Positions 14,879 to 28,958 are shown, counted from the first letter of the whole stretch. The stretch: DNA of 63,395 bases, filler included, from Octopus bimaculoides (GCF_001194135.2; 9 parts of 8 records of this genome joined end to end with filler, not necessarily neighbours in it), one strand, 5' to 3'. Numbers and translations are program-made. The notes: generated from the sequence alone by a model not told the origin.

Positions 14879-15748
14879 TCATCTTCCATACAGTTTCTGT
14901 CTACCAAATTCACACACAAGATATTAATTGGCCCGAGGCTTTAGTAGAAGACACTTACCAAAGGTGCCGCGCAGNNNNNNNNNNNNNNNNNNNNNNNNNN
15001 NNNNNNNNNNNNNNNNNNNNNNNNNNNNNNNNNNNNNNNNNNNNNNNNNNNNNNNNNNNNNNNNNNNNNNNNNNNNNNNNNNNNNNNNNNNNNNNNNNNN
15101 NNNNNNNNNNNNNNNNNNNNNNNNNNNNNNNNNNNNNNNNNNNNNNNNNNNNNNNNNNNNNNNNNNNNNNNNNNNNNNNNNNNNNNNNNNNNNNNNNNNN
15201 NNNNNNNNNNNNNNNNNNNNNNNNNNNNNNNNNNNNNNNNNNNNNNNNNNNNNNNNNNNNNNNNNNNNNNNNNNNNNNNNNNNNNNNNNNNNNNNNNNNN
15301 NNNNNNNNNNNNNNNNNNNNNNNNNNNNNNNNNNNNNNNNNNNNNNNNNNNNNNNNNNNNNNNNNNNNNNNNNNNNNNNNNNNNNNNNNNNNNNNNNNNN
15401 NNNNNNNNNNNNNNNNNNNNNNNNNNNNNNNNNNNNNNNNNNNNNNNNNNNNNNNNNNNNNNNNNNNNNNNNNNNNNNNNNNNNNNNNNNNNNNNNNNNN
15501 NNNNNNNNNNNNNNNNNNNNNNNNNNNNNNNNNNNNNNNNNNNNNNNNNNNNNNNNNNNNNNNNNNNNNNNTGTGTGTGTGTGTGTGTGTGTGTGTGTTT
15601 ATTTTTGTTCGTTTTCTTCATCAGCGTTCACATGGGAGGAGAATGAACTAGAAAAATGGATACCGTTCTCTTTTGATTCTTTCGCAGCTAATTAACAACT
15701 TGGCGGAGATAATTTTTTTCTTTCCATATTCTTTATCATTATTATTAC

Positions 15749-15787
<39 letters not shown>

Positions 15788-16184
15788 CATTAGTATTAAT
15801 GTCTATTTTCTTGAAATATTTCAAGGATTGTTTCAAAACCCTTATTTTAATGATGTTCAACATTCCAAATATTGCAACTATGTTACAACTGGAAAAAGAT
15901 AATTTTTAAGACGTGTCTTCTGCTTTCTTCGTGTATTTTTTATTGTTGTTTTCTATATTTCATTTTTATTTTATTTTATTTTTATAATCATTTCTTCTCT
16001 TTCCTTTCTATTTTGATTGCATTCGTCCCAGATTTTTCAAAAATCTGCCTCTATTTTCTCACAAGAAATGTTCCACCCTCGGCGTAGATTGCAGCGTGAC
16101 ACTGAAGGTAATCAACCAATCAAAATCTTTTGCATATGGATATCGATTTCTTTTGGTGAAATACGTTTATATATAGAAATATAT

Positions 16185-16258
<74 letters not shown>

Positions 16259-16361
16259 GATAGATAGATAGATTTACGTATATATACATATATATATAAA
16301 AATGTATATATAAATGTATGTGCATGTTTAAATGTATGTATAGATAGATAAATAGATATTA

Positions 16362-16395
<34 letters not shown>

Positions 16396-16493
16396 TTGTG
16401 TGTGTGTGTAAGTATATACGCATATAGATAGAGACACATATATAAATACATTTACAAACATACATATGCATATTTGTACATATATACATATGT

Positions 16494-16576
<83 letters not shown>

Positions 16577-16589
16577 TACATATATATAC

Positions 16590-16630
<41 letters not shown>

Positions 16631-16842
16631 NNNNNNNNNNNNNNNNNNNNNNNNNNNNNNNNNNNNNNNNNNNNNNNNNNNNNNNNNNNNNNNNNNNNNN
16701 NNNNNNNNNNNNNNNNNNNNNNNNNNNNNNNNNNNNNNNNNNNNNNNNNNNNNNNNNNNNNNNNNNNNNNNNNNNNNNNNNNNNNNNNNNNNNNNNNNNN
16801 NNNNNNNNNNNNNNNNNNNNNNNNNNNNNNNNNNNNNNNNNN

Positions 16843-16902
<60 letters not shown>

Positions 16903-17306
16903 TATATATATATATACATATATCATTTGTGTTACTGTGCTCATCTTGTCATCAACGATCTTTTGCATAAGTTTGCTTCCATTATTTTCGTCTGTCGTAA
17001 TGTTACAATATCTGACATTGTGATATCAAACTCTCCGGCTTGGCACAGACTTCACTATGAGAAAAACAGCGTAGATTATTCCGACTGGCCACTTCAACGA
17101 AGGTAAATAACAAGAGAGTTAGCAACAACAACGCTTTTCCTAAAATTCCTAATCTTTAGTTGTTTTTATTGTTGAAATGACAGGTTAAGACACTACTCTA
17201 TACTAGAATCTAAACACTAATGGAAGCATTACCAAGAAATACTATTAGACACAATACACAGTGAAGTTTTGCTGTATTTACTAACAGTGCCTTAATCTTT
17301 ATTATA

Positions 17307-18172
17307 CGAGGGTAATCCCAAAAGTAAGGTCTCCAGAAATATTTAGAAATCACAGAAACGTTTATTGCCAATGATGTTTACATCATTTTAAAGTTTGAAC
17401 ATTTATCTATTTTTCTACATAATCGCCATTTCGGTTGATGCATTTTTGTAGGCGCTGGGGAAGGTTTTGTATACCCATGTCATACCGGCTCATCGCCATG
17501 TCGTTGAGGAAGCGTTGAACTTCATCTTTCACCTCATCGTCGTTGCTGAAGCGCGTTCCGGCCAAATGTTCTTTCAATTTAGGGAACAGGTGGTAGTCAC
17601 TGGGTGCCAAGTCCGGACTATAAGGTGGGTTGCCGTTTATGTCTTCTGTGAGCATTCGTGGGACCCATCTTGCGCACACCTCCCGATATTGCAACTTTTC
17701 ACTCAAAACCTTATGAATGCTGCTTCAGGAAATCTCAGAAACCAAAATGTGGAGATCATCCAGTGTGATCCGCCGATTTTCACGTAGGATTTGCTCAACC
17801 TTCGTGACTGTCTCGTCGGAAACTGGTGGTCACCCGCTTCTTTCTTCATCAGGAATTTCAGTACGACCAGCTGCAAATTCCTACAACATTTGCAGATGTA
17901 CACTTCCGTTAATTGGTGATGAATTTCAATCGATTTAATGTATTTTGCATTCAAAAACCGTATAACTGCGCGAACTTCACACTTGGCGGTAGTGTCAATC
18001 CGGAGCTCCATCAGATACGACTGCCATGCCAAGACTGAGCGTGGCAGCGAGGTGCGCGCAGGGGCAGGCGCAGGCGCTTGCACAACAAACACAACAGTAT
18101 GGCCAATAGCTGCACGCACAGTTTCTCTGCGACCCCAGCGCTTTGGAGACCTTACTTTTGGGATTACCCTCG
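17307..18172 (-). mobile_element. Internally deleted mariner element
   Basis: Perfect 28-bp TIRs (17307-17334 / 18145-18172); flanks TA and TG. WVPRML is fused directly to PPYSPDLAPSDYHLF, so the central catalytic region is deleted. Confidence 0.95.
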
Positions 18173-18589
18173 TGAAAACTTTTATCTCTGAGTAATTAAC
18201 AATTTGTTTCAACTTATATACATCATTTGATTTATAAACAACTCAATCCACTTATATAAATCTTATCAGAGCTATGGTTTAAAGTCAAACGAAATTCTGT
18301 GTGAATGGACAGCTGGATTGAAAAAAATTTAATTCAAATGCCTATGAATTATGAACGTGAGCGTTAACTTTTCAACTACATAGCAATTACAATTAAAAAA
18401 CAACACAATTATAAAGGATAAAATATAGTAACATACGCCAGAACACATGGCAACATGTTTCACCGTGAATTGAAGATGAACTACAGTAAGAATTCTTCCC
18501 TTATTGTACGCAAACACTAATGCACACAATATGAACAAAAAGCACAAACAAGATAGATATATGTATATTTAATATACATATATATTTAT

Positions 18590-19565
18590 ATACATATATG
18601 CAAAATCAAGGTATATTACGTCCACATTTGAATTATTGAGTAACTGCCTCAATATCCAGTCATAATGTTGTAAGAGCTGGGTCAGGCAGCTCCTACCTGG
18701 TCGAAAGCCGTCCTGGGTATCACTCAGCAAGTTATTTTCTTCAATGAATGCGATTAGTTTTCCTCTAACTATTCGTTCCATGACTTTGCTGATGTGTGAA
18801 GTCAGAGAGAAAGGCCTATAGTTTTTGGCATCTGCTCCGCTTCCCTCTTTATAGATTGGGCATATTATTCCCCCCTTCAGCTTGCTTGGCAGTCTGCCAT
18901 TTGCAAGAAATTTCTGGAAGAGGGGTTTTGCCAGGGCATGCTTACACGATTTGAGGAGGATTGCTGGGAAACCATCAGGACCAGCAGTTGAGTTTGTGTC
19001 CCCTTCATCTATGGCTAGTAGTACATCTTCGCTAATGTCGATGTATCATGTCGATGTATCATGTCAATGTCTGGTGTGGAAAAACATTTTTGACAGTCAT
19101 CTCTGAGGATCTCTTTCTGGATCGATTTCCAGTCTGCTTTTTGGAAGTTCAGATTGGAGAGATTTCGGGTGCTTCCTTTAGGCTGTATGTCTCTAGTTAC
19201 TTTCGGCCCAAACATAGACAGCTCTTTTATGTTGTGATCTGAGACTAATGTCAGCGTCACTTTCACATCATGAATGATGTCCATATTGTTCGTGAAGCAA
19301 AGATCCAGAATGTTATTCGCTCTAGTTGATCTGAGAACAGCTTGCTCCATGAATAGGGAATTGGTGAGGTTGAGCAGGGACTCCACCTGTGCCTGCTTGC
19401 AATGAGTCATTCCTGAGAGTATGAGACTTTCAGGCCATTTGACGTTGGGGAAGTTGAAATCTCCCATAAGAAATATGGTCACGCAGTGTTCCAGTTTCAT
19501 GAGGATTTCTTTAATTTTTGTGAGGCAATCTTCAAATTTGCGGATGTGGTTTGGAGCATCCGGTA
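18590..19565 (-). mobile_element. CR1-clade LINE ORF2 fragment (APE plus RT start, internal deletion)
   Basis: GDFNFP and LDLCFTN (APE); AGPDG, NYRPFSLTS, QDGFRPGRSC, VIYLDFA (RT). Bounded by (TA)n. Confidence 0.9.
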
Positions 19566-19687
19566 GGCATATATATATATATATATANNNNNNNNNNNNN
19601 NNNNNNNNNNNNNNNNNNNNNNNNNNNNNNNTTAATTAATTAANNNNNNNNNNNNNNNNNNNNNNNNNNNNNNNNNNNNNNNNNNNN

Positions 19688-19740
<53 letters not shown>

Positions 19741-19767
19741 CCGACTGGGTTCCAAGAGAACACTTAC

Positions 19768-19858
19768 CTTCTTCTATCTCAGGCACAATATTCACCACAG
19801 CACATCTTCCTAAACAAAACATCAGGGCTAGGTGAAAGACTGCATTGGTCAACATCAT
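19768..19858 (-). CDS. Probable first coding exon with signal peptide (MMLTNAVFHLALMFCLGRCAVVNIVPEIEE), likely of the Cys-loop gene; 91 nt, ends phase 1
   Basis: ATG start, hydrophobic core with a small-residue cleavage site, and a perfect G|gtaagt donor. Same strand as, and upstream of, the Cys-loop exons, but its phase does not join 7954 directly. Confidence 0.55.
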
Positions 19859-20246
19859 AATAATATTTTCAATTTTTGTCGCGGGATCGTCCGATAATGA
19901 GAAAGAAATTCTAGCAAAAGGGACACGAAGGGGTAATATATAAATGGAATCTCTTAAATTTATTCAAGTGGCCTACAAGTAAATATGTGTTGCTGTTTGA
20001 ACTACAATACAAAGCACCAGGAACATAAAATATTCGGGATAGGTTTCCAATTGTTTAATACTTTTCCTGAAATACTAACTGAAAAGTTAAAACAAAAACA
20101 TATACAACACAGGAAACAAAATGCTTAGAAGTATTATTCCGGGATTGAGAGTTCGAATTTAGCCGAAATCAGCTTTACTTCTCATCCCTTCCGAGATCTA
20201 TAAATTTTCTGTCGAGTACTGGTGTCGACAATATTAACTAACTTTA

Positions 20247-20895
20247 AGGCGGTGAACTGGCAGAAACGTTAGCACGCCGGGCGAAATGCTTAGCGGTATT
20301 TCGTCTGTCTTTACGTTCTGAGTTCAAATTCCGCCGAGGGCGACTTTGCCTTTCATCCTTTCGGGGTCGATAAATTAAGTACCAGTTTCGCACTGGGATC
20401 GATGTAATCGACTTAATCTCTTTGTCTGTCCTTGTTTGTTCCCTCTGTGTTTAGCCACTTGTGGATAATAAAGAAATATGAAACGTTAGCACGCCGGGTG
20501 AAATGCTTGCGACATTTCGTTTGTCTTGACGTTCTGGGTTCAAATTCCGCCGAGGCCGACTTTGCCTTTCATCCTTTCGGGGTCGATAAATTAAGTACCA
20601 GTTACGCACTGGGGTCGATGTAATCGACTTAATCCATTTGTCTGTCCTTGTTTGTCCCCTCTATGTTTAGCCCCTTGTGAGTAATAAAGAAATAAGAAAC
20701 GTTAGCACGCCGGGCGAAATGCTTAGCGATGTTTCGGCCGTCACTACGTTCTGAGTTCAAATTCCGCCGAAGTCGACTTTGCCTTTCATCCTTTCGGGGC
20801 CGATAAATTAAGTACGAGTTGCGTATTGGGGACGATCTAATCGACTGGCCCCCTCCCTAAAAATCTCGGGCCTTGTGCCTAGAGTAGAAAAGAAT
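20247..20895 (+). mobile_element. Head-to-tail trimer of a tRNA-derived SINE
   Basis: aaacgttagcacgccggg recurs at 20264, 20481 and 20697 (periods 217 and 216). Confidence 0.9.
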
Positions 20896-22174
20896 ATTAA
20901 CTAACTTCCTCCCGTCAAAACTAGTAGCCTTATGCCTAAATTAGAAACCATTATTGTTGGTTGTGGTGATGATATTGGCGGTGTTGTTATTGTTCTGGTC
21001 GTGATATCATCATCGTCGTCATCAGCGTAATCATTGGCAGAATCGTTAAGGTGTCAGACAAGATGCCTTGAGCTACTTTTTACGTTTTTGTATTGTGGGT
21101 TCAATTCACGCCCAGGACAAACTTGCATTTCATTCGTCCAAGGTTGATAAAATATGCAGTACAAGTAAAGTAGCGGGGATCAATGCTTTCGTTGAGCTCC
21201 TTTTTCTTTTTTAAATATTACTGCCTGAATTATTTGCGGTTGATTGGCAGAATCGTGAGAACGTTGAACAAAATGCTCCGCAGCACTCATTCTGACTCTT
21301 GACGTTCGGAGATCAAATCCCGCTGAGGTCAGCTGTGACTTTCCTTCTTTCTGGATCGATAAAATTAAATTCCCAGACATGTGCCGGGGCTGCTGTAATG
21401 GACTTTTACCGTACCCTTAAAATTATTGTTCTTAAACCCTGCAACGATGTTGGGCCTCGTTCAGGAGGAATTTTGTGTTCCTGGTCATTGATAATCGGGT
21501 AATCGGCCTATTCAGACCTAGACGTCGATAAAAAAAAAAAACAATTTTATTACATATAAGACACTTGGATATATACGGCGCAGTACCATTGCAACAGAGA
21601 AATTCTTTCAGAGGAAGAAGATGCTTTTGATGAGGACTTAAATGTTATCTGAAACCTGTAGAGTGGGGAAATATTATTGCAAGTATGTCCATTTAGGACG
21701 GTAGGGAAACCATTTTAATAATAATAATAATCTTTTATAGTATAGGCACAAGGCCAGAGATTTGGGGAAGGAGGATAGTCGATTACATCGTCCACAGTAC
21801 AGAGCTGGTACTTATTTTATCGACCCCGAAAGGATGAACGGTAAAGTTGACATTTGCCGGTTTTGACATTTGCCGGTTTAGCATTTGCCGGTTTTCCCAA
21901 TGGTATTACTTAAACTTAAGAAATATCTTCATCCTGGCCCCCGTACGCTTTTCTTCCCACGGATAAACCTAATCTGTTTCCCCTTTTATACTTTACATCA
22001 TGACATTTCTGTGATACACGATCCCTTATGATGGTTTTTTTTTTTTACGATCCCTTTTGATCGAAAATCTACCCCCCCCTCCCCGCCTTTTTTCCTTCCT
22101 TCTCCTCCCCAAAAAGAAAAGCTCTACTTTGTAACTTGCCCCTTCTATGTTTAGCCCTGTGAGGCTAATAAAGA

Positions 22175-22220
<46 letters not shown>

Positions 22221-22609
22221 TACATATATATGTATATATATATGAATATATATATATGTATAAATGTACGTCTATATATATATATATATGTATGTATGTG
22301 TAGATAATTACGTGTGTGTGTGTGCGTTTATTAGTTATTTTGGTCATTAAACAGCAGCGATCCTGGGACACTACCTTGGAGAATGTTTTGCCGAACAGCT
22401 AAATTCCGCGGGCGTAAGCACACCACCACCGCTTGTCAAGCAGCGGTGGGTGACAAAGACAGGTCCAAAGACACACACACGTTAGCTATCCTAATTATAT
22501 TGTTGATTTCATAGTCATAAAGTTGGACAAAATAATTACTAGTCTCTTTCCACCGTTGCAGATGTTTTTTTCCAGTGTCACAATACGTGCTTGATATGAT
22601 ATCAATACA

Positions 22610-23190
22610 GAGTTGAGACCATGGCCACATATCCTCACGGGAGGAAGTATAGCTTGTCTACATCTCCACTGGTGTTGAAATATCTTGTAACACTAAGTAG
22701 CTTGCGAGTTAGAACATCTTTCTTATTGATTTTTAAAAAAAAATTTTTTTATAGTGACCAGTTCATAAGGTCGAATATAGATGTGAGATCAGACACTGCA
22801 AAGGTCTTGTAAGAAATATGCTTGTTGTAAGCTGAGAGTTCAGATGACCATATTCTTTTTACTCTCCTGACGTATTCATTCCTAGTCTTCACCTTATATA
22901 TTGGTCCATTATACATGACAATCCCATCCTGTCCAAGATACTTATAATTGTCACCTGACTACAGAGGCTGTATTGACAAGTCATTCGCAGGGTACACCTT
23001 TTCCACGTTTTATTATCAAAACTTCACATTTGACTCCACAGAATCTCCTTCCAGTGTCTGGTGAGTATTCGGTAATGTGGTCCAGTTGTTCTGTTAGGTG
23101 GTTGGTATTTGACATACATTTTCAGCTCCTTGACAAAGAAAAATGTGAGCTTCTTCTGAATCCATTTCTATGGTCACTATGTGAGTAGGT
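22610..23190 (-). mobile_element. Highly decayed R4/Dong LINE fragment
   Basis: YKYLGQDG...EYVRRVKRIWSSELSAYNK...TSGDVDKLYF readable across broken frames. Confidence 0.65.
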
Positions 23191-23299
23191 ATGAAAAAGA
23201 GCTTAATGAGAGGACGAAGAGCAACACGGACAGGCTATCGCCCTGAAAGATGCCTTTCTGGTAGGGAAGGCTATCAGACACACAAACATATACACACAC

Positions 23300-23482
23300 A
23301 TACATATATATATACATATATACGACAGGCTTCTTTCAGTTTCCGTCTACCAAATCCACTCACAAGGCTTTGGTCGGCCCGAGGTTATAGTAGAAGACAC
23401 TTGCCCAAGGTGCCACGCAGTGGGACTGAACCCAGAACCATGTGGTTGGTAAGCAAGCTACTTACCACACAGCCACTCCTGC
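23300..23482 (-). mobile_element. 5' half of the CORE-like SINE
   Basis: Reverse complement contains ggcaccttgggcaagtgtcttctact. Near-identical to copies at 39640-39802, 40337-40500 and 43900-44058. Confidence 0.85.
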
Positions 23483-24123
23483 GCCTAATTGGTTGTACAA
23501 TTGTATGTATACAATTGTATGCTTTGGAGGAGCGATTGGGAGAACTTATTAAACAAATGGTAAAGCAAATAAATCTTAATAAATTTTTCATTCTTCAATT
23601 TTCTTTATTTCGGTTTTTACAGTTGGCTTTTACAATTAATCTCAAGAAAATGTCTTTAAACTGAATATGTTTATCATCGAAACTAATATTTACTTTGCTT
23701 TATTTTGTCTATTTGAAAAATGGTCCCTATCTTCTGCATTATACAATGGAGTATAAAAAACTTCACATCTCTACCATGCAATTTGAATTAATATTTACAC
23801 TATTGACATAGATGGTGATCTGTTACATCCGCTGTTCTTAAAACAGTTTATTGTACAACCAATTCCATTGTCGAATTTATAAGCATGGGTATGATAATCA
23901 GCTTTGAAACACATCACGATTCCTTCCTTGGATAAATAACGCAGCTTCAATTCAAACTCGAGCTTAAAGTACGAATAATGGATATCAACCTCGTGGTCAT
24001 CATAGTGATCTGTAAATTAAAAAAAAAATGAATGGAATAAAAGCTATGTCTTACAGTCATATGTATAAATACCCACACACACATACACAGATACATACAT
24101 ACATATATACATATTTATATATA

Positions 24124-24161
<38 letters not shown>

Positions 24162-24892
24162 NNNNNNNNNNNNNNNNNNNNNNNNNNNNNNNNNNNNNNN
24201 NNNNNTTAATTAATTAANNNNNNNNNNNNNNNNNNNNNNNNNNNNNNNNNNNNNNNNNNNNTACACATGCAACAGGGACACATAAACCACAGACCCACCC
24301 CCAGACCCTCACTCCATTCAGCAGTAAAGAGAATCATGCATCTTATGTTCTTTATCTAGCAGAGAGAGAACATTGTATAATATTATATGCTTGTTGAGAA
24401 TGAATGACAGACGTGAATGAAATAAAAGGTGTTTGCCGTTTCCATCTTCAGAACAGTTTTGATGTGTTGCTAGGTTAACATTTACAAACTACAACATACA
24501 TCTATAATACGGTGCTAGAATGTGACTATTGTTTATCATTCTTCTCTTACATGTCATGTAACTGTTATTTCATCTTGCTCTCGCTCTATTCTGGGCGGTT
24601 GTTGCTGAATAAAGCTATTTCCCTATTCAATACACACACACACACTTTCCAAACAAGACAGGTACATAGACACAAACTTTTTACTTGTTTTAGTCATTAG
24701 ACCATGGCCATGCTGGGGTACCACCTTGAAAATAAGTACCCCAGTACTTACTTATTTTAAGCCTGATACTTATTTTGTTACTGTCTTTTGTCAAACTGCT
24801 AGGGTACAGAGATGTAAACACACCAACACCGGTTGTCAAGTGGTGATGCGGGGAGAGGGGGAGACAAACACAGACACAAAGACACACACACA

Positions 24893-24932
<40 letters not shown>

Positions 24933-26499
24933 NNNNNNNNNNATGGTTACTGCTTGAACAACTTCAAACTTGTAAAGGCATGGATGGTAATCAGATTGAC
25001 ACTTGGTTGAACCACACAAAGAAGCTGCTCACCCTAATGTATCTGATGGAGAGAGTGCTCTGCTGGTCTCTTGTCTTAGGTTGATGACAAAAGTGTGCTT
25101 GGCTGAAGCTGCTACACAATTATCTGGCTGAGGAAAGATCTGTTGTAATAACTCAATACAAACTGTGTGTGTGTGTGTGTGTGTGTCATTATCTTTTAAT
25201 GGCCACATTCCATGCTGGTATGGGTTGGACAGTTTAACAGGATCTGATATGTCCAGGGACTGCATCATGCTTCAATGTCTGCTTTGGCATGGTTTCTATG
25301 GTTGGATGCCCTTTCTAATGCCAAACACTTCACAATATATACTGGGTGCTTTTCTTGTGCCACTAGCACTAGTGAGGTTGCCATGCAGCTAACAAGCCTA
25401 TAAGACCTGCAAGGTGGGGCGTTTTGCTTACAGATAGGGCTTGAACTATGTAAAAATACACACAAACATGTACCTATACACACACACACACACACATACA
25501 TATACACACTCACACATACATATACCAATAAGCATATAAGTTTGTATATATGGTACAAGCCTAAATATATATATAGATACTTAGACACATATACATATAC
25601 ACGAAAACATGTTCCACAATGCCTGGACAGGAAGGTATGTCTTCCCCTGCCCAGTGTGTCACCAATCCAGTCTTTTTGCCATCTCTTTAAGATGCAACAA
25701 CTTCAAATACATCTTCATCACTTTGTCCTAAATATTCCTTGGTTTTTTTATCTTCAGCCAATTTCATTCACTTTACACATGCAACAGGGACACATAAACC
25801 ACAGACCCACCCCCAGACCCCAACCCCATTCAGCAGTAAAGAGAATCATGCATCTTATGTTCTTTATCTAGCAGAGAGAGAACATTGTATAATATTATAT
25901 GCTTGTTGAGAATGAATGACAGACGTGAATGAAATAAAAGGTGTTTGCCGTTTCCNNNNNNNNNNNNNNNNNNNNNNNNNNNNNNNNNNNNNNNNNNNNT
26001 TAATTAATTAANNNNNNNNNNNNNNNNNNNNNNNNNNNNNNNNNNNNNNNNNNNNCCAGGTTCCAACACTTCACTGTACGTGAATTACTTCATGGGTCAA
26101 CAACAGTATGAACCAGTATGAACTCCTGTACAAGTTGCCCGGGCAGCAGTATCACAACCACATCACGTTTGACATGTACTTGTACCTGGCTCCTACATCT
26201 ATGAACACACACGCAAACATTTTGTTCTCATGACAGCCGGTCTATCGTTCTGTATACATAATGCACACACAGATACATATGTTAACATATCAATAAATCT
26301 TCTTTTAATCATTCTATGCGGTTGTCTCATTTTTCCATCTGGTAAGTAGATGGTTCTATCTCTTTATTGTAAGGGCTGTGTGATGTGGTACTAAAGAGTC
26401 ATTCTTGTCACCTCGCATTGCACGGTCCTTACAGTCCGTTGGCTTTGTTGGGGTAATGTTTTGAATACATTTGTATCATGCTTAGAAGTCAAAATATTT

Positions 26500-27200
26500 C
26501 TTGAAAGGAAAGTTCCCAGAATTAAACGACGAAGACGGGTTATTTAAACTGATGTTTCTAACTGACAATCACTTGAATGATTAAAATTTGCATTTACAAG
26601 GGAGAGATGAAACAGTACTTCACCTTTTTGAAAACTGGAAAGGTTTTTTTGTCAAAATTAGATTTTTTTGGCGTGATAGACTTAGCAATACTTACAAATA
26701 CTTTCCAAATGTAAAAGCTTATTCAAATCGATTTAATGTTTAATAAAATTGAACTTCAAAAATACATTGCAACGTTGAAAGAAGAATTTTCCAAGTGAAA
26801 TAGAGATTTCGAAAATGACACTCTTATATTTTCGTTTCTCATCAATCCCGACTTGATTGATTTGAAAACGAGCCCATTTCATCTATCACTTTTTGGCTCA
26901 ACAACAAATATACAAGGTAGTTTTGAAATGGAAATGATTGCATTAACAACTTCAGAATTGTGAAAAACCAAATTTATGGAATTACGAAAATCTCTTGAAC
27001 GAAGCAGCTTAGAGAAGTCAGTTGCCATATTCAATTGCTGGTTGTCGTTGCCTGAAAGATTCCATTCTTTGAAGAAAATTTCCTCTGCTCTGCTTTTAGG
27101 CTTTAACTCAGCATATACAGGATTACCCAAAAACAGAAACCATAAAATTTTATTAAATCTTACAAAAGCCCATCAAATTTCTTGAAATTTGTTCGACTTA
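26500..27200 (+). mobile_element. Decayed hAT (Charlie/SPIN-like) transposase C-terminal fragment
   Basis: LQGRDETVLHLFENWKGF and FNCWLSLPERFHSLKKISSALL resemble GTF2IRD2/SPIN-type transposases; recognised from memory. Confidence 0.5.
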
Positions 27201-27202
27201 AA

Positions 27203-27247
<45 letters not shown>

Positions 27248-27257
27248 NNNNNNNNNN

Positions 27258-27297
<40 letters not shown>

Positions 27298-27756
27298 AGG
27301 TGGTGAGTTGGTGGAATCGTTAGTACACGGAAGGAAATGCTTAGTCGCATTTCTACCAACTCTGTACGTACCGAGGTCAAATAAAAACAAAGTTGATTTT
27401 ATCTTTCAACCTTTCAAGGTGGGTAAAAACAAAGAATCAGTGAAGTCCTGTGGGTCGATGTAACTGATTAATCCCTCCCCTCAAAAGTTGCTGGTCTTGT
27501 GTCAAAATCGGAAACCATTGTTTTCTCATCCATATTCGGATTTGGGTTTTGTTTTATTGTTTTCATTCCTGTTTTTGTGTTGATCGATTTGATTAAATAA
27601 TATAACCAGAGATACATACGCACACACTTACATATACATAGACACATACATGCGCGCACACATACATAGAAATAGATACTCACATACATACGTACACACA
27701 TACCAGGACATGGAATCATACATACTTAAATGGGTATGTACATATTAACAAAATAT

Positions 27757-28958
27757 CCAGGGTGCGTCAGTTTTTGAGGATATCTCTTACAAGAACTCTG
27801 ACTGCTTTTTAACTATTTTTGACCTCATTTTTCGGATAAAGAATATCAGACACCAGATTGACTGTAAATGAAAAAGCATGTTGTAATCGTTTCCTTCATT
27901 GTCAAAGTTTGAAAGTGGATCACAGCTACTACTGACGGGGATCAAACATCATCATTTAAACACAAAACGCGTCATGCATAGGGTTCTAATACCATCAGAA
28001 CAAACGACTTTATACAAAAAGTTCAAGAGATAGTCGAAGAATACTCTAGAAATTCACTCTAATTCATTGCAAAGAACCACAAGGTTTCAGAATGCACAAT
28101 CATCAGTGTTGTGCATGAGAACATCTGGTACAAGTTGTATGTGATGTGGACGACTCAGATTACATCGGATATGTCAAGGGAGAATCGTTCGATCTATGCA
28201 AAGTGCTTGCTAGACAAGTTCAAACATTAAGAGGTCGGAGTGTTTGGTTTTTCTCGAATGAGAAAAAGTTCGATTGGTATCAAAAATATGCCCGAATAAA
28301 GGGGATATGTTATTCAGAGACCCGAATGAGGTTCCAACCGTATTGCATACTATGAATGTTCTAGGAGTCGTAAACAGCGAAGGAGATGTCATGCCTCCTC
28401 ACTTTGTTTCACAGGGTTTAAGAGTCATTGCCATTGTCTACACTGAAGTTTTCGAGAAAGTTCTGAGGCCCTGGATAGACAGAGTACGCAACGAAATACT
28501 GTATGTCATCCAATAAGACACTGCACCGACTCACAAGGCTAGAACGTGCCAATTATCATGTTCATAGTCTCTCAAGCACATAGCCTCCTAGATCTTCAGA
28601 CCTCATTCTATATGGCTATCACTTATGGGGTGTAATCAAGAGAAAGAGTTCGATCAACACCATTATAACACCATACAATTTCTGAAGTCCGACATAACCC
28701 ACACTATGTTCAAAATTGATAAATATTGTCTTATTCGGCCAAGTCGATAATTCGCCCTGCATTGAAGCAGCCATTAATGGTAACGATGGATTCGTTGGAT
28801 CGGTATGTGATAAAGCGATTCCCAAGTTTATTTGCACCAATTTGTTTTCAAATGCAGTTTTCTTAGATGGAATATACACATTTTTTTCTAAATTCATACA
28901 AATGAACTCTGTACATACATATGTCAATATTCTACTGTACTTAAAATATTGCACCCGC
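27757..28958 (+). mobile_element. Decayed maT/DD37D-like Tc1/mariner element
   Basis: VWFFSNEKKFD, VLGVVNSEGDVMPPHF, TAPTHKART and a PRSSDL-like motif. Ends cagggtgc / gcacccgcg; length about 1.2 kb. Confidence 0.65.
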
